Shown in pieces: positions 34,282-47,638 of a stretch of DNA of 64,000 nucleotides. The notes under the pieces are model-generated. The model was not told the DNA's origin, made no database searches, and was given only the letters and a program-made list of their open reading frames with translations. The first letter of the stretch is position 1. Every line of letters begins with the position of its first letter. Position numbers and translations under genes: made by a program. Source of the DNA: an uncultured Gammaproteobacteria bacterium (GTDB lineage Bacteria; Pseudomonadota; Gammaproteobacteria; SZUA-140); NCBI GenBank assembly GCA_945787155.1, contig CALZHD010000001.1:16817-80816 (forward strand), written 5' to 3'.

Positions 34282-36087
34282 TCACGACCTGGTCTTAGCC
34301 TTACGATTCATTCCCAACGCTGGCCTGTCGACTTCCTCAAAAGAGAACTGATTGTAGGAAGCACTATTGTTGAGTAACGTCTTCAGCGCCAGGTATTTCA
34401 CTTCACCTTCAACCACAACGCTTAGAATTGTATTGTGACTATAAACGGCAGCGGGCACAATCACACTCGCGCTGTAACCCTCTTCAGCCGGGATCATGAT
34501 CGCTCTAAAATACTCACCATTTTCTCCGACGCCTTTTAGCCCCTTGGTTGCGATGGTTACCGCACGGCCTGAGAGAATCTGTACACCACAGCGGATATCG
34601 TTATTGGACAACATTACCAGCCAGCGAACAATACCGGCCTCCCATCGACCATCTTCATGGTTGACCGCTACCGTCACCACATTCCCCACCGCAAGCGATA
34701 CATTGATCTGATCTCTATCACATACAATCGCCATGCCCCCCGGACTGATATCGACCTGAATACAATCAGTGGCTGTCAGTGGAGCTGACTCCCGCTGCTG
34801 ACGACCTATCTCTGCCATCTTTCTGGAATAGATCTTTTCCCATGCATCACCCTTTGTTTTATCATCAAACTGTGAAATGCGGTTACCTTTAGTATTGGAT
34901 GCTGCACGCGCTTCTATCTCTTCCCGCACCCACGGGCTATCATCTTCTGGCACTAGTGAAAGGTTATCCAGTGGGCCGGTCTCTAACTTCTTCAAGTCAA
35001 AATCATGATGAAGTTCATCATACTCGGGATTAAAAGAGGCGTCGCCACTCAGTACGCGATGACAGTCGTGTAACCCCGAGATCAGCTTCATCGGAGTTTT
35101 GATGGGTTCACGCACAGCTCCTCGCTCACCTCGTGCGCCCCAGGTACGACGCAGCCGAATATACATCGCCTGGCGAGCCCGGACGCTGAGCATATTGCAG
35201 CCCTTCTGTCCCTCTTCAGCCAGTACCTCTATCTGCTCGTCCATATAAGTCAGCAGACGGGAGATATCAAAAACTCGCCCATTGTGAAATTTGAGCGATT
35301 TTTCGGAGAATATATGATTCGCAGGGGCATCTATCCCAAGATCAACGACAACACCTTCGCGGAAGGCCTCATCAGGATGCGATAACGAAGTCAACCTTGA
35401 CCACTCGGTAAGCTGCTTATAAACCGACTCAGCCTCACCCATCATCAGCCGTGACAGGTCGGCCAGTGACAACAGCAATATCTTTTTATAGAGTTCATTG
35501 ATTGATGTAGAGGCCTCCCCCTGCGCAGCGCTGCCACTGATCGCAATATCAAGCACCCCCATCTGCTCAGAGATAGTATAGAGTTTATGAATATCCTGCC
35601 AGGTACCCTCTTCTGGTGTACGGTAAATCAGAAAACGCTCGATCAGCTCCAGAGACATATAATGCAGCGCCTTGACGATCGAAAAAAAGAGCGCCTGCTT
35701 ATGCTTGGCAAGCAACTCCTTGTCTGCTACCAGATCATTGATTATGATCTTGTGACTGATCGCACATTCGGCAAGCAGTTGCTGCGGTCGCTGTTTCGAC
35801 TCGAGTTTTTTCTCTGAAAGCGGCAAAGAGTCACTATCAAAGCTACGCGGGACAATATCGTGAAGTTTATCAACACGATCCGATAGCAACGTTACCGCCT
35901 TGATGCGCGCTTTTACATCGATCTGATGGCAATTAATATGGTGCAATGCGTTCGTCACCTGTTCACAGCTGTGAGCATAGTCCATCAGTGGTAACGCCTC
36001 AATCCACGCCCGAAGAGCAGGCTCACGAATATCGATTTCAGTCGGTGCAGAATCCGCTCGTAAGGGGGTGTTCAACATCATATTCAT
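34282..36087 (-). CDS. Large protein with C-terminal PilZ (c-di-GMP-binding) domain
   Basis: 601 aa. C-terminal GRQQRESAPL...VDISPGGMAI resembles the YcgR RRRYFRISAPL...DLSLGGMG PilZ motifs. The N-terminal about 400 aa have no recognisable domain. Confidence 0.5.
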   Translation of the reverse strand: MNMMLNTPLRADSAPTEIDIREPALRAWIEALPLMDYAHSCEQVTNALHHINCHQIDVKARIKAVTLLSDRVDKLHDIVPRSFDSDSLPLSEKKLESKQRPQQLLAECAISHKIIINDLVADKELLAKHKQALFFSIVKALHYMSLELIERFLIYRTPEEGTWQDIHKLYTISEQMGVLDIAISGSAAQGEASTSINELYKKILLLSLADLSRLMMGEAESVYKQLTEWSRLTSLSHPDEAFREGVVVDLGIDAPANHIFSEKSLKFHNGRVFDISRLLTYMDEQIEVLAEEGQKGCNMLSVRARQAMYIRLRRTWGARGERGAVREPIKTPMKLISGLHDCHRVLSGDASFNPEYDELHHDFDLKKLETGPLDNLSLVPEDDSPWVREEIEARAASNTKGNRISQFDDKTKGDAWEKIYSRKMAEIGRQQRESAPLTATDCIQVDISPGGMAIVCDRDQINVSLAVGNVVTVAVNHEDGRWEAGIVRWLVMLSNNDIRCGVQILSGRAVTIATKGLKGVGENGEYFRAIMIPAEEGYSASVIVPAAVYSHNTILSVVVEGEVKYLALKTLLNNSASYNQFSFEEVDRPALGMNRKAKTRS

Positions 36088-36323
36088 ACATAACTCACGA
36101 ATTTATTGAGTAGTGGCTTACATAAAAATGCCCTTTCTATCCACTTTTAGCGGCATCACCCCCTATGAACTTAAGCGAAAGTAGGTTGCTATCCTGAACT
36201 CAAACAAAAACTCGGCTGATCTCTCTCCACCCTCTGCCGCCTCTCTAAAGGCGCCTGCCACAGCCCGTTTGTTCAGGTATAATACTGGCCATTCAATCAG
36301 ATACGTGGCAAAGTGAGGATTTC

Positions 36324-36824
36324 ATGCAACAAAAACAGGCACGGGTAGCTATTGTCATGGGCAGCAACAGCGACTGGCCCGTGATGCGACAGGCCGCCGA
36401 AATGCTGGCTGAATTCGACGTAACCTATGAGGCACAGGTGGTTTCTGCCCATCGCACCCCTGAATTGATGTTTGAATTCGCCGATCAGGCCCAGTCACGT
36501 GGCATTAAGGTAATTATTGCTGGAGCAGGCGGTGCTGCCCACCTGCCAGGCATGATCGCCGCCAAAACCACCCTGCCAGTACTTGGCGTACCGGTTCCCT
36601 CCCGTTATCTCAAAGGCCAAGACTCCCTGCTCTCGATCGTACAGATGCCGAAGGGCGTGCCCGTCGCCACCTTCGCGATCGGCGAGGCCGGTGCCGCTAA
36701 CGCCGGACTGTTTGCAATCTCGATGCTGGCCAATGCAGATGCCACACTGGCACAGAAACTAACCGCATTCCGTGAGACACAAAAAGAGCGCGTCTTTGCG
36801 ATGACGCTCGACGACCAGCCGTGA
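36324..36824 (+). CDS. purE: N5-carboxyaminoimidazole ribonucleotide mutase PurE
   Basis: Full-length PurE family sequence ([19 protein letters not shown]). Confidence 0.9.
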   Translation: MQQKQARVAIVMGSNSDWPVMRQAAEMLAEFDVTYEAQVVSAHRTPELMFEFADQAQSRGIKVIIAGAGGAAHLPGMIAAKTTLPVLGVPVPSRYLKGQDSLLSIVQMPKGVPVATFAIGEAGAANAGLFAISMLANADATLAQKLTAFRETQKERVFAMTLDDQP

Positions 36825-37975
36825 ACCACCCCATCATCACTCCACCAGCAACGTTGGCACTGCTGGGTGGCGGCCAGCTTGGCCGCTTTTTCGTCCAGGT
36901 CGCGCATGAACTGGGCTACCGTGTCATCGTACTCGACCCGGATCCAGATGCACCCGCAGGCAAGATTGCCGATGACCATATTGTCGCGGAGTATGATAAC
37001 CAGGCTGCATTGGCTCAACTGAGCCAACAGTGTGCCGCAGCCACCACTGAATTTGAAAATGTCCCGGCAGCGGTACTCCAACAGCTCGCGCAGACGATGC
37101 CGGTCTCCCCTTGCACCGATGCTGTCTCCATTGCCCAGGATCGCATTCGTGAAAAAGGCTTTCTGAGAGACAACTGCTTTACCACCGCACCCTTTATTGC
37201 AGTAGAGACCGAAGCTGATCTCGACCACGCCAATGAAGCTCTATTTCCCGCCATCCTCAAGACCGCACGCTTTGGTTACGACGGTAAAGGTCAGGTCAGG
37301 GTCTCTTCGATCAATGAAGCCAGGGCAGCGCTACGCGAATTTGATAGCCCCTGCATACTGGAGAAGATGTTACCCCTCGACCTTGAGGTCTCAGTAGTCC
37401 TCGCACGCAGTGCCGATGGAGATTGCAGTTGCTTTCCACTGGCAGAGAACAGCCACAGCCACGGCATCCTCGATGTCACCATCGTGCCTGCACGTACAAC
37501 ACTGGCACTGCAACAGCAGGCCGAACAGATGGCATGTGCGCTTGCTAATCAGCTCGGCTATGTCGGCGTGCTGGCGGTAGAGTTTTTCATTAGCAATGGC
37601 GAACTACTGATCAACGAAATCGCACCACGCCCACACAACAGTGGCCACTATACCGTCGATGGTTGTATCACCAGTCAATACGAACAGCAGCTGCGCACAC
37701 TCTGTGGCCTACCACTCGGCTCCCCACAGCTACATAACAGCTCAGTGATGGTTAACCTACTGGGAGACCTATGGTTCCCTGCTGATAGTCATGAAAGTAT
37801 CGAACCCAACTGGCAGCTGCTACATCGAATCCCAAATCTGAAATTACACCTCTATGGCAAGACATCCGCACGCCGTGGGCGTAAGATGGGACACTTCACT
37901 GTGATCGATAATAACGCCGACGAGGCCCTCACCACTGCGATGAAAGCGCGCAAAGCGATCGGTATCCGCGACTAA
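36821..37975 (+). CDS. purK: N5-carboxyaminoimidazole ribonucleotide synthetase PurK
   Basis: ATP-grasp PurK family; start overlaps the purE stop (purEK operon). Confidence 0.9.
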   Translation: MNHPIITPPATLALLGGGQLGRFFVQVAHELGYRVIVLDPDPDAPAGKIADDHIVAEYDNQAALAQLSQQCAAATTEFENVPAAVLQQLAQTMPVSPCTDAVSIAQDRIREKGFLRDNCFTTAPFIAVETEADLDHANEALFPAILKTARFGYDGKGQVRVSSINEARAALREFDSPCILEKMLPLDLEVSVVLARSADGDCSCFPLAENSHSHGILDVTIVPARTTLALQQQAEQMACALANQLGYVGVLAVEFFISNGELLINEIAPRPHNSGHYTVDGCITSQYEQQLRTLCGLPLGSPQLHNSSVMVNLLGDLWFPADSHESIEPNWQLLHRIPNLKLHLYGKTSARRGRKMGHFTVIDNNADEALTTAMKARKAIGIRD

Positions 37976-38119
37976 TCCTCAAATAGCACCCTCAAATCAA
38001 TGTAAGTTGAATTAAGGAGCCTCTGATTAATTCTGGACGGATAGAAATGAGAGTCAAAATATTCAAATGCAAGGCGCTAATCGCAAGTAATACCCAAAGG
38101 GCACACTGTAGCGGGCCTA

Positions 38120-38135
38120 TTGCTAAGATTAGCAA
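38120..38135. promoter_or_regulatory. Perfect inverted repeat TTGCTAA-ga-TTAGCAA upstream of the antiporter gene
   Basis: 7-bp arms with 2-bp spacer, about 110 nt upstream of the 38243 start. Confidence 0.3.
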
Positions 38136-38242
38136 CGCAGCAGTTGGATATTTTGGACTCATAGCTACCGTTCATGAATTAATCAGAGGTTCCTTAAGCA
38201 TCTATTGAAAGGACTGCTTAAAAATAAACAAGGACATTTAGC

Positions 38243-39409
38243 ATGCAATCAGCATCCCTGTTCCTTTTGACGATCGGCGGAATCCTTCTTCTTGGACTAG
38301 TAACATCAGCACTTGGGCGCCGCACCTTTTTGCCACGAGTGACGCTACTGCTGCTCTTCGGCGCAATCATCGGCAAAGATATGCTCGATATTGTGCCTGC
38401 GGTGTTTTCAGATCACTTTGAAATCATTGCCGATATGGCACTGCTGATGGTGGGTTTCCTGTTGGGCGGAAAACTAACCATGGACTCGCTGAGTCAGTCT
38501 ATAAATAAAGTCCTGTGGATATCAATTAGCGCAGCAATACTGACTGCCATCATTGTAACCCTGGGGCTTTTATGGGCAGGCGTCACAAAGGAAATTGCAA
38601 TTTTACTAGGTTGTATTGCATCAGCCACGGCACCCGCAGCAATTCTCGATGTTGTGCTGGAGTCAGACTACCAGGGCCCCTTTAAAAACCTGTTGCTTTC
38701 AATCGTCGCGCTTGATGATGCATGGGCGTTAGTGCTGTTTAGTATTGGCATCGCAGTAGTGACATCATTAAATGGTGATGCGACAGAGACATCATATTTA
38801 CTGTCAGCCGCAAGGGAAATAGGCGGGGCTTTAATATTAGGATTGTTAATTGGGTTACCCGCCGCATACTTAACAGGAAGGATCAAGCCAGGACAACCCA
38901 TTCTTACCGAAGCGCTAGGGCTGGTGTTTGTCTGTGGCGGCATTGCCCTCTGGCTTGATCTCTCTTTTCTAATTGCATCGATGGTAATGGGCGCTACGGT
39001 CGCAAACCTTGCCAAACATCACGAGCACCCTTTCCACGCCATCGAAGGGATCGAATGGCCATTTATGGTGATCTTCTTTGTCCTGGCAGGCGCGATGCTT
39101 GAACTAAACACACTGCAAGAGATCGGGCTTATTGGCCTTGTCTATATTCTTTGCCGAGCCGCAGGAAAAATAGTCGGCGCGAGAGTCGGCAGTATTATTA
39201 GCCGATCAAACCAGACAACAAAAGACTGGATGGGCGTTGCCCTACTTCCTCAGGCAGGGGTCGCCATCGGCATGGCGCTGGTGGCCTCCAGCCAGTTTCC
39301 TGAGTACAGACAGACATTATTGTCTATCGTGATTAGTTCGACTGTGTTTTTTGAAATTACAGGGCCTGTATTTACTCGCTTAGCCTTGAGGCAGGCACAA
39401 AGAATATAG
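38243..39409 (+). CDS. Cation:proton antiporter (Na+/H+ exchanger family) membrane protein
   Basis: 388-aa polytopic membrane protein with about 11-12 hydrophobic helices and sequence resembling the CPA1/NhaP-type exchanger core. Confidence 0.55.
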   Translation: MQSASLFLLTIGGILLLGLVTSALGRRTFLPRVTLLLLFGAIIGKDMLDIVPAVFSDHFEIIADMALLMVGFLLGGKLTMDSLSQSINKVLWISISAAILTAIIVTLGLLWAGVTKEIAILLGCIASATAPAAILDVVLESDYQGPFKNLLLSIVALDDAWALVLFSIGIAVVTSLNGDATETSYLLSAAREIGGALILGLLIGLPAAYLTGRIKPGQPILTEALGLVFVCGGIALWLDLSFLIASMVMGATVANLAKHHEHPFHAIEGIEWPFMVIFFVLAGAMLELNTLQEIGLIGLVYILCRAAGKIVGARVGSIISRSNQTTKDWMGVALLPQAGVAIGMALVASSQFPEYRQTLLSIVISSTVFFEITGPVFTRLALRQAQRI

Positions 39410-39794
39410 CAACGTGCCGGACGATCATGACAACTCAGTCAATCACCCTTGTTTCATTTTTTATTCTGTGAAAGCGCCCGGCATCAACCTATAATGAAAC
39501 CAGATTAACCAAAGGTGATGACATAACCGCTGTGACCCGAGTAATGCTGGATGTACTTAAACCTCATAAGTCGCCCCACCCGATTACTTTGTAGTCAAAG
39601 CAATGCCAGCAACCACCAGACCATCACTCGCACCTTAGCGGTATTAGACCCAGATACTGCCGGCAACATTCATTTCGCCGTTTTATCAATCATGATTCTC
39701 TGCTAAAAGCCGGTCACAAGCCTACTTGTTGAAGCTAATAGAAAAACGAAACACAACGATAATATACAGTACTATGAAAAATTTGCGGCTCATC

Positions 39795-40283
39795 TTAGCA
39801 AGGCTCTTTCCTTCCAGTGCTCTGTCGTAATCCCACTGCAACGAGCAACAATCCCAATAGTGACATCACCAGATAAAGCAGAGAAGAGATGCCGTGCAAG
39901 CGGCCAAACGCTGCGGCAAGCTCAGAACCCTCGACAATAGGCCCCTGAGTCTTGAGTTCCGCCATCATCGGTTGCAATACGAACAGCATCACGCACACGA
40001 CCAACAGCATCCCCAACAACGCCCAGGCCCGCCATTGACGCAACCACTGCGTGCCGACACACACAATGCTACCGATACATAAGACAATGCCGATGCCGAG
40101 TCCACCCCAGCTGATCACGTTGAACAATTTACCCGCGAGCATTCCGGCAAGCTGTCGATCATCAAGGGATGAAAAGAGGATTGGTGCAGCAATGTAACCA
40201 ATCGCACAAAGGCCTCCTACCCACAGCGCCATCAACAGGCGCTCAATCATCTCGAATCGTTGTACTGTAATCATCGCCATCAC
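39795..40283 (-). CDS. DUF4149-like small integral membrane protein
   Basis: 162 aa with 4 predicted TM helices, immediately downstream of greA. Confidence 0.45.
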   Translation of the reverse strand: MMAMITVQRFEMIERLLMALWVGGLCAIGYIAAPILFSSLDDRQLAGMLAGKLFNVISWGGLGIGIVLCIGSIVCVGTQWLRQWRAWALLGMLLVVCVMLFVLQPMMAELKTQGPIVEGSELAAAFGRLHGISSLLYLVMSLLGLLLVAVGLRQSTGRKEPC

Positions 40284-40303
40284 TAAGTCCTGTATGTGTA
40301 CGT

Positions 40304-40780
40304 TCAGATGTATTTGATTGAGAGAATTTCGTATTCTATGACCCCACCTGGGGCCTGCACGGTGGCGATATCTTCTACTTGCTTGCCAATCAACGCACGT
40401 GCAATCGGTGAACTCACCGAGATCTTATTGACCTTGATATCGGCCTCATCAACACCCACGATCTGGTAGGTAACCTCTTCTCCGGTCTCTTCGTTACTAA
40501 GCCCCACCGTCGCACCAAAGACGATCTTGCCCCCGGCATTCAGCTTGGTGACATCGATGATCTCGGCGTTCCCGAGCTTGGCATCGATCTCGTTAATACG
40601 CCCTTCAATAAAACTCTGCTGCTCCTTAGCCGCATGATATTCCGCATTCTCTTTTAAATCACCATGGGCACGCGCCTCTGCAATCGCTGCGATCACACGT
40701 GGGCGTGCAACAGTCTTCAGTTCTTCCAGTTCTTTACGCAGGCTTTCGGCTCCTGCCAGGGTCAAAGGGACCTTATTCAT
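40304..40780 (-). CDS. greA: Transcription elongation factor GreA
   Basis: 158-aa GreA family sequence, downstream of carB as in Pseudomonas. Confidence 0.9.
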   Translation of the reverse strand: MNKVPLTLAGAESLRKELEELKTVARPRVIAAIAEARAHGDLKENAEYHAAKEQQSFIEGRINEIDAKLGNAEIIDVTKLNAGGKIVFGATVGLSNEETGEEVTYQIVGVDEADIKVNKISVSSPIARALIGKQVEDIATVQAPGGVIEYEILSIKYI

Positions 40781-43700
40781 GCATTTAACTCCTTATGCAA
40801 GTCTTGTAGGTTATTAACATCATCCTGATCGATCTGCTTGAGCGCCAGCGCCGTGACATGCGCGCCCGCGATCGTTGTGGTGTATGTCACTTTATGTTGT
40901 AACGCGGCTCGTCTAATCTGGCTTGAATCAGATACGGCACGTTTGCCCAACGTGGTATTAATAATAAAACTGACCTCACCGTTCTTGATCATATCGACAA
41001 TATGTGGACGACCTTCGGCAACCTTATTAACCTTCTCTGATGCAATACCCGCCGCATCCAGAGCCTCTTTGGTGCCACGAGTCGCAACGATGTCATAATT
41101 CATTTCACCCAGCATGCGCGCAACCTCAACCGCCTTAGGCTTATCGCCATCACGCACGCTGATAAAGACGCGCCCACCACGCGGCAGCTCAACGCTCGCA
41201 CCCAGCTGGGCTTTCGCAAATGCTTCAGCGAAAGTCCGCCCAACCCCCATCACTTCACCGGTTGATTTCATCTCCGGTCCCAGCAACGTATCGACGCCCG
41301 GGAACTTGGCAAACGGGAATACTGCCTCTTTAACCGAATAGTATTCAGGCACAATTTCTTTAGTCACGCCTTGCTCGGCAAGTGTTGTACCCGCCATACA
41401 GCGCGCACCAATCTGCGCCAGTGATATGCCACACGCCTTTGAAACAAATGGCACGGTACGTGATGCGCGAGGATTAACCTCAAGCACGTAAATATCATTA
41501 TCCTTAATCGCAAACTGGATATTCATCAGCCCTTTCACTTTAAGGCCAAGTGCCAACTGCTTAGTCTGCACCCGTACTTGATCTACGATCACAGGATCAA
41601 GGCTATACGTTGGCAGTGAACAGGCCGAATCACCGGAGTGAATTCCCGCCTGTTCGATATGCTGCATGATGCCGCCAATCACAACCGCCGTGCCGTCACT
41701 GACCGCATCAACATCGATCTCGATCGCATCGCTGAGGAAATGATCCAGCAACACCGGCGAATCGTTAGAGACCTGTACTGCCTCGGTCATGTAACGTTTC
41801 AGATCATCTTCGTTGTGTACGATTTCCATCGCGCGGCCACCCAATACATAGGATGGGCGTACCACCAGCGGAAAACCGATATCCTTCGCCAGTTCAACCG
41901 CCTGTGCTTCGTTACGCGCCGTGGCATTGGGTGGCTGCTGTAAGCCCAGCGTCTGGATCAATTGCTGAAAACGCTCACGGTCTTCGGCAAGATCGATCGC
42001 ATCCGGCGAGGTACCGATGATCGGCGTGCCCGCCGCCTCCAGCGCACGGGCCAGCTTCAACGGCGTCTGTCCTCCGTACTGCACAATCACACCTTTCGGT
42101 TTTTCAACCGCGATAATCTCCAGTACATCTTCCAGTGTCAGCGGTTCGAAATAGAGACGATCCGAAGTATCGTAATCGGTTGAAACGGTCTCAGGGTTAC
42201 AGTTGACCATGATCGTTTCGTAACCATCTTCACGCATCGCAAAGGCCGCCTGTACACAGCAGTAATCAAATTCGATTCCCTGCCCGATACGGTTAGGGCC
42301 ACCGCCCAACACCATGATTTTATCGCGTGTCGAAGGGGCCGCCTCACACTCCTCTTCGTAGGTCGAATAGAGATAGGCGGTGCTTGATGCAAACTCGGCC
42401 GCACAGGAATCGACCCGTTTATAAACAGGATGAATATCGAGTTCGTTACGCAGTGCGCGTAGTTTATCTTCGTGCGATTGCAACAGCGTCGCGAGACGAC
42501 GATCAGAGAAACCTTTACGCTTCAATGCATACAGTTCGTCACGTGCAAAACTCTCCAGTGAACGTCCCTTGATGCCCTTTTCGAGCGCGACCAGCTGTTC
42601 GATCTGCACCAGAAACCATGGGTCAACCATGCACAGGCCAAAGACCTCTTCGACCGACAGACCGTAACGGAAAGCGTCAGCGATATACCAGATGCGATCT
42701 GGCCCTGGGGTACCCAGCTCCTGCTGAATGATCTCAAGCGCATCTTCCGCAGCAACATCGATCATCTCGTTGAGACCATCCATGCCAGTTTCAAGTCCAC
42801 GCAATGCCTTCTGCAGTGACTCCTGAAAGGTGCGCCCAATCGCCATCACTTCACCGACGGACTTCATCTGCGTGGTCAAATGCGAATCGGCTTTAGGGAA
42901 TTTCTCAAAGGTAAAGCGCGGTACTTTTGTCACAATATAATCGATGGTCGGTTCGAACGACGCCGGGGTCGCGCCCCCGGTGATTTCGTTGCTCAACTCA
43001 TCAAGGGTGTAGCCAATCGCAAGCTTTGCCGCAACACGCGCGATGGGGAAACCGGTCGCCTTCGATGCCAGCGCCGATGAACGTGACACCCGCGGGTTCA
43101 TCTCAATGATGATTAGGCGACCATCGACAGGATTGATGCCAAACTGCACGTTGGAACCACCGGTCTCAACGCCCACCTTGCGTAGTACAGCGAGTGAAGC
43201 ATCGCGCAGCTTCTGATATTCCTTATCGGTCAGCGTCAGCGCGGGCGCGATGGTGATTGAATCACCGGTATGCACCCCCATCGGATCGAAGTTCTCGATC
43301 GAGCAGATGATGATGCAGTTGTCATTACGATCACGCACCACCTCCATCTCATACTCTTTCCAGCCCACCAACGACTCTTCGATCAGCAGCTCATTGGTCG
43401 GTGATAGATCGAGGCCACGTTCGCAGATCTCGACAAACTCCTCACGGTTGTAGGCAATACCACCGCCGCTACCACCGAGCGTAAACGACGGACGAATCAC
43501 CGTCGGAAAACCCACCTTCTTCTGTACCTGAAACGCCTCTTCCATACTGTGGGCGATGCTGGAACGCGGCGACTCAAGGCCGATACTATCCATCGCCTTG
43601 CGGAAACGGTCACGATCTTCAGCCATATCGATGGCGTCAATAGAGGCGCCGATCATCGCCACGCCGAATTTTTCAAGCACCCCTTCACGGGCAAGATCGA

Positions 43701-43998
43701 GCGCACAGTTCAGTGCCGTCTGTCCACCCATGGTGGGCAACAACGCATCTGGACGTTCTTTTTCGATGACTTTGGCAACGGTCTGCCAACGCACCGGTTC
43801 AACGTAGGTGGCATCTGCCATCTCGGGGTCGGTCATAATCGTTGCTGGATTGGAGTTCACCAACACCACGCGATAGCCCTCTTCGCATAACGCCTTACAG
43901 GCCTGCGCACCAGAATAGTCGAACTCACACGCCTGGCCGATGATGATGGGACCGGCGCCAATCACTAGAACACTTTTTATATCAGTACGTTTTGGCAT
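40777..43998 (-). CDS. carB: Carbamoyl-phosphate synthase large subunit CarB
   Basis: 1073 aa with duplicated ATP-grasp halves and MGS-like C-domain. Confidence 0.95.
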   Translation of the reverse strand: MPKRTDIKSVLVIGAGPIIIGQACEFDYSGAQACKALCEEGYRVVLVNSNPATIMTDPEMADATYVEPVRWQTVAKVIEKERPDALLPTMGGQTALNCALDLAREGVLEKFGVAMIGASIDAIDMAEDRDRFRKAMDSIGLESPRSSIAHSMEEAFQVQKKVGFPTVIRPSFTLGGSGGGIAYNREEFVEICERGLDLSPTNELLIEESLVGWKEYEMEVVRDRNDNCIIICSIENFDPMGVHTGDSITIAPALTLTDKEYQKLRDASLAVLRKVGVETGGSNVQFGINPVDGRLIIIEMNPRVSRSSALASKATGFPIARVAAKLAIGYTLDELSNEITGGATPASFEPTIDYIVTKVPRFTFEKFPKADSHLTTQMKSVGEVMAIGRTFQESLQKALRGLETGMDGLNEMIDVAAEDALEIIQQELGTPGPDRIWYIADAFRYGLSVEEVFGLCMVDPWFLVQIEQLVALEKGIKGRSLESFARDELYALKRKGFSDRRLATLLQSHEDKLRALRNELDIHPVYKRVDSCAAEFASSTAYLYSTYEEECEAAPSTRDKIMVLGGGPNRIGQGIEFDYCCVQAAFAMREDGYETIMVNCNPETVSTDYDTSDRLYFEPLTLEDVLEIIAVEKPKGVIVQYGGQTPLKLARALEAAGTPIIGTSPDAIDLAEDRERFQQLIQTLGLQQPPNATARNEAQAVELAKDIGFPLVVRPSYVLGGRAMEIVHNEDDLKRYMTEAVQVSNDSPVLLDHFLSDAIEIDVDAVSDGTAVVIGGIMQHIEQAGIHSGDSACSLPTYSLDPVIVDQVRVQTKQLALGLKVKGLMNIQFAIKDNDIYVLEVNPRASRTVPFVSKACGISLAQIGARCMAGTTLAEQGVTKEIVPEYYSVKEAVFPFAKFPGVDTLLGPEMKSTGEVMGVGRTFAEAFAKAQLGASVELPRGGRVFISVRDGDKPKAVEVARMLGEMNYDIVATRGTKEALDAAGIASEKVNKVAEGRPHIVDMIKNGEVSFIINTTLGKRAVSDSSQIRRAALQHKVTYTTTIAGAHVTALALKQIDQDDVNNLQDLHKELNA

Positions 43999-44057
43999 TT
44001 TTTATTTCAGTAAAAGGTCACAATAAAGGTTCACGTAATAGTCCGTTACTTGATTCA

Positions 44058-45191
44058 TTAACGCTGTTGCATCAGCTCAATAAAGTGATCGAACAGAAAG
44101 GCGGCATCATGCGGCCCCGGACTTGCCTCAGGATGCCCCTGAAAACCGAAGGCTGGTTTTTCAGTGTGGTGTATCCCCTGTAGCGATTGATCAAACAGCG
44201 AGCGATGTGTCGCGCGCAGCGTGGCAGGTAATGTCGCCTCGGCCACTGCAAAACCGTGATTTTGACTGGTGATCATCACCGCACCGCTATCGAGGTCCTG
44301 CACGGGGTGGTTGGCACCGTGGTGACCGAACTTCATCTTCTCGCTCTCGGCACCACAGGCAAGTGCTAGCAGTTGATGACCAAGGCAGATACCAAACATC
44401 GGGATATCGGTCGTTTCGATAAAGGTACGAATCGCGTTGATGGCATAATCACACGGCGCAGGATCACCCGGCCCGTTCGATAAAAATATCCCATCGGGCT
44501 GCATCGCAAGCACCTCACTGGCGGGTGTCTGCGCGGGCACTACCGTCACATTACAGCCACGCTCCACCAGGATGCGCAGAATATTTCGTTTTACCCCAAA
44601 GTCATAGGCAACTACGTTGAATCGGTGGCCGTCTGCTGCGTGCTGTATGGTTGAGGTTGACCAGCGCCCGACACCCTGATCCCATGGATAGGATTTGTCT
44701 GTCGTCACCTCTTTGGCAAGGTCCATCCCCTTCAAGCCAGGAAAACCACGTGCTGCTGCTATCGCAGCTGCTTCATCGATCTTCTGACCGGTGACGATAC
44801 AGCCATTTTGCGCGCCTTTATCGCGCAGGATTCGGGTCAGACGGCGGGTGTCGATATCTGCAATACCGATAACGTTATTACGTTCAAGATAAGTGGCTAG
44901 TGGCGCTTCGGCACGCCAGTTGCTATGGGTCAGTGGCAGGTCACGAATCACCAGTCCGCTGGCGGCAATCCCGCCCGACTCTTCATCATCGGCGTTGACG
45001 CCAACATTACCAATATGTGGCTGGGTCAGGGTCACGATCTGCTTTGAATAGGAGGGATCGGTGAGGATCTCCTGGTAACCCGTGATCGAGGTATTAAACA
45101 CCACCTCACCCGTCGTCTCACCTTCAGCGCCAATGGCACTTCCCCAGAACACACTTCCATCTTCAAGGGCTAATAAGGCAGGTAGCGACAC
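44058..45191 (-). CDS. carA: Carbamoyl-phosphate synthase small subunit CarA
   Basis: 377-aa glutamine amidotransferase with catalytic Cys (GICLGHQ). Confidence 0.9.
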   Translation of the reverse strand: MSLPALLALEDGSVFWGSAIGAEGETTGEVVFNTSITGYQEILTDPSYSKQIVTLTQPHIGNVGVNADDEESGGIAASGLVIRDLPLTHSNWRAEAPLATYLERNNVIGIADIDTRRLTRILRDKGAQNGCIVTGQKIDEAAAIAAARGFPGLKGMDLAKEVTTDKSYPWDQGVGRWSTSTIQHAADGHRFNVVAYDFGVKRNILRILVERGCNVTVVPAQTPASEVLAMQPDGIFLSNGPGDPAPCDYAINAIRTFIETTDIPMFGICLGHQLLALACGAESEKMKFGHHGANHPVQDLDSGAVMITSQNHGFAVAEATLPATLRATHRSLFDQSLQGIHHTEKPAFGFQGHPEASPGPHDAAFLFDHFIELMQQR

Positions 45192-45395
45192 ATTCTTCTC
45201 CAGCAGATAGACAAAACGGGAAGAGCCATGAACTCATCCCGCTTAAAGAAACACATTATATTTGTTTGATTGTCTACGCAGCCAGCCTGGTATCAAGGTA
45301 TCACGCTGTTCAGACGACAGGATTTTACCCTATCTGAATGGAGGGTGTCCATCCAACATCACGATCGATGCGGGAAAAGAAGATAGATGACGACG

Positions 45396-46232
<837 letters not shown>

Positions 46233-46279
46233 TTATCTACATCCCATTGCTCACCGCTAGTACGGCATCCCTGGGGATT

Positions 46280-46311
46280 CCAAAGGGGAGAGGGCCTTTT
46301 CTCCCCTTTGG
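46280..46311. other. Perfect 12-bp GC-rich stem-loop directly after the dnaJ stop codon
   Basis: CCAAAGGGGAGA-gggcctt-TCTCCCCTTTGG. Followed by a T-run only on the + strand (TTATATTTTT), i.e. oriented opposite to dnaJ. Confidence 0.4.
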
Positions 46312-47454
46312 TTATATTTTTAAGTCTTCAAAAAACTTCTTCACCCCACCAAACCACGTGTGAGACTTAGGGCTGTGCTTACTGCCAGCATCTGCCAATG
46401 TCCCCTCGAACTCCTGCAAAATCTCTTTCTGCTGGGCACTGAGACTGACCGGGGTCTCAACAATCACTTTGCACAGCAGGTCACCCACTGCACCACCGTG
46501 AACCGACTTGACCCCCTTTTCCCGCAGGCGGAAAACACGTCCGGTTTGGGTTTCAGCGGGGACTTTCAACTTCACACGACCGGAGAGTGTCGGCACATCC
46601 AGTTCACCACCCAGTGCAGCCGTCACAAAACTGATCGGCATCTCGCAATAGAGGTTGCTGCCATCACGTGAGAAGATCGAGTGCGCACGCACGCGCACCT
46701 GCACATAGAGATCACCGGCAGGCCCACCATTCTCGCCCGCCTCGCCTTCTCCAGAGAGCCGAATGCGATCACCGCTATCAACACCCGCGGGGATCTTCAC
46801 CGACAATGTCTTCTGTTCCTGCTTACGCCCTTCACCATGACAGTCACCGCAGGGAGATGAGATCGTCTTACCCTTACCTTTACATTTGGGACATGCCTGC
46901 TGGATCGAAAAGAAACCCTGCTGCATTCGCACCTGGCCCTGTCCATTACAGGTGGCACAGACCGTTGGTAAACTACCCTTCTTGGCGCCGCTACCACTAC
47001 AAGTTTCACACTTAACTTTGGTAGGCAGACGCACCTTAACCGTTGTGCCCTGCACCGCATCTTCGAGACTCAGGTCGAGGTCGTAGCGCAGATCGGCACC
47101 ACGATAAGCCTGCTGACCACCGCCACCTGCACCACGTGCACCGCCAAAGATATCGCCGAAGACATCGTCAAAAATATCACTAAAATTACCACTACCCCCA
47201 CGGGCACCACCAAAACCACCCGCAGAAGGATCAACCCCTGCATGACCAAACTGGTCATAGGCAGCACGCTTTTGCGCATCGGTGAGTGTCTCGTAAGCCT
47301 CTTTGGCCTCCTTAAATTTCTCTTCAGCCCCCTTGTTATCGGGGTTACGATCCGGGTGATGCTTCATCGCCAGACGTCGGTAAGCCTTTTTCAACTCGGC
47401 ATCCGAGGCATTTTTCGCCACCCCAAGTACCTCGTAGTAATCCCTTTTCGCCAT
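46312..47454 (-). CDS. dnaJ: Molecular chaperone DnaJ
   Basis: J-domain with HPD, Gly/Phe-rich region, four CxxCxGxG zinc motifs. Confidence 0.95.
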   Translation of the reverse strand: MAKRDYYEVLGVAKNASDAELKKAYRRLAMKHHPDRNPDNKGAEEKFKEAKEAYETLTDAQKRAAYDQFGHAGVDPSAGGFGGARGGSGNFSDIFDDVFGDIFGGARGAGGGGQQAYRGADLRYDLDLSLEDAVQGTTVKVRLPTKVKCETCSGSGAKKGSLPTVCATCNGQGQVRMQQGFFSIQQACPKCKGKGKTISSPCGDCHGEGRKQEQKTLSVKIPAGVDSGDRIRLSGEGEAGENGGPAGDLYVQVRVRAHSIFSRDGSNLYCEMPISFVTAALGGELDVPTLSGRVKLKVPAETQTGRVFRLREKGVKSVHGGAVGDLLCKVIVETPVSLSAQQKEILQEFEGTLADAGSKHSPKSHTWFGGVKKFFEDLKI

Positions 47455-47638
47455 ATTCTTTGCCTAAATCTCTAATTCTGAATAAATGTTTTCTACGTAC
47501 CAAACATAAAGACGCGGGGCGTAAACCCCGCGTCTTTAATGCCCATCCTGATCAGCTGCATCAATCACATACATTACCCACTCCGCATTGTAGTGCAAAT
47601 GGAGAAACGTGAAATGATCGCACCTCATCGCTCAAAGA

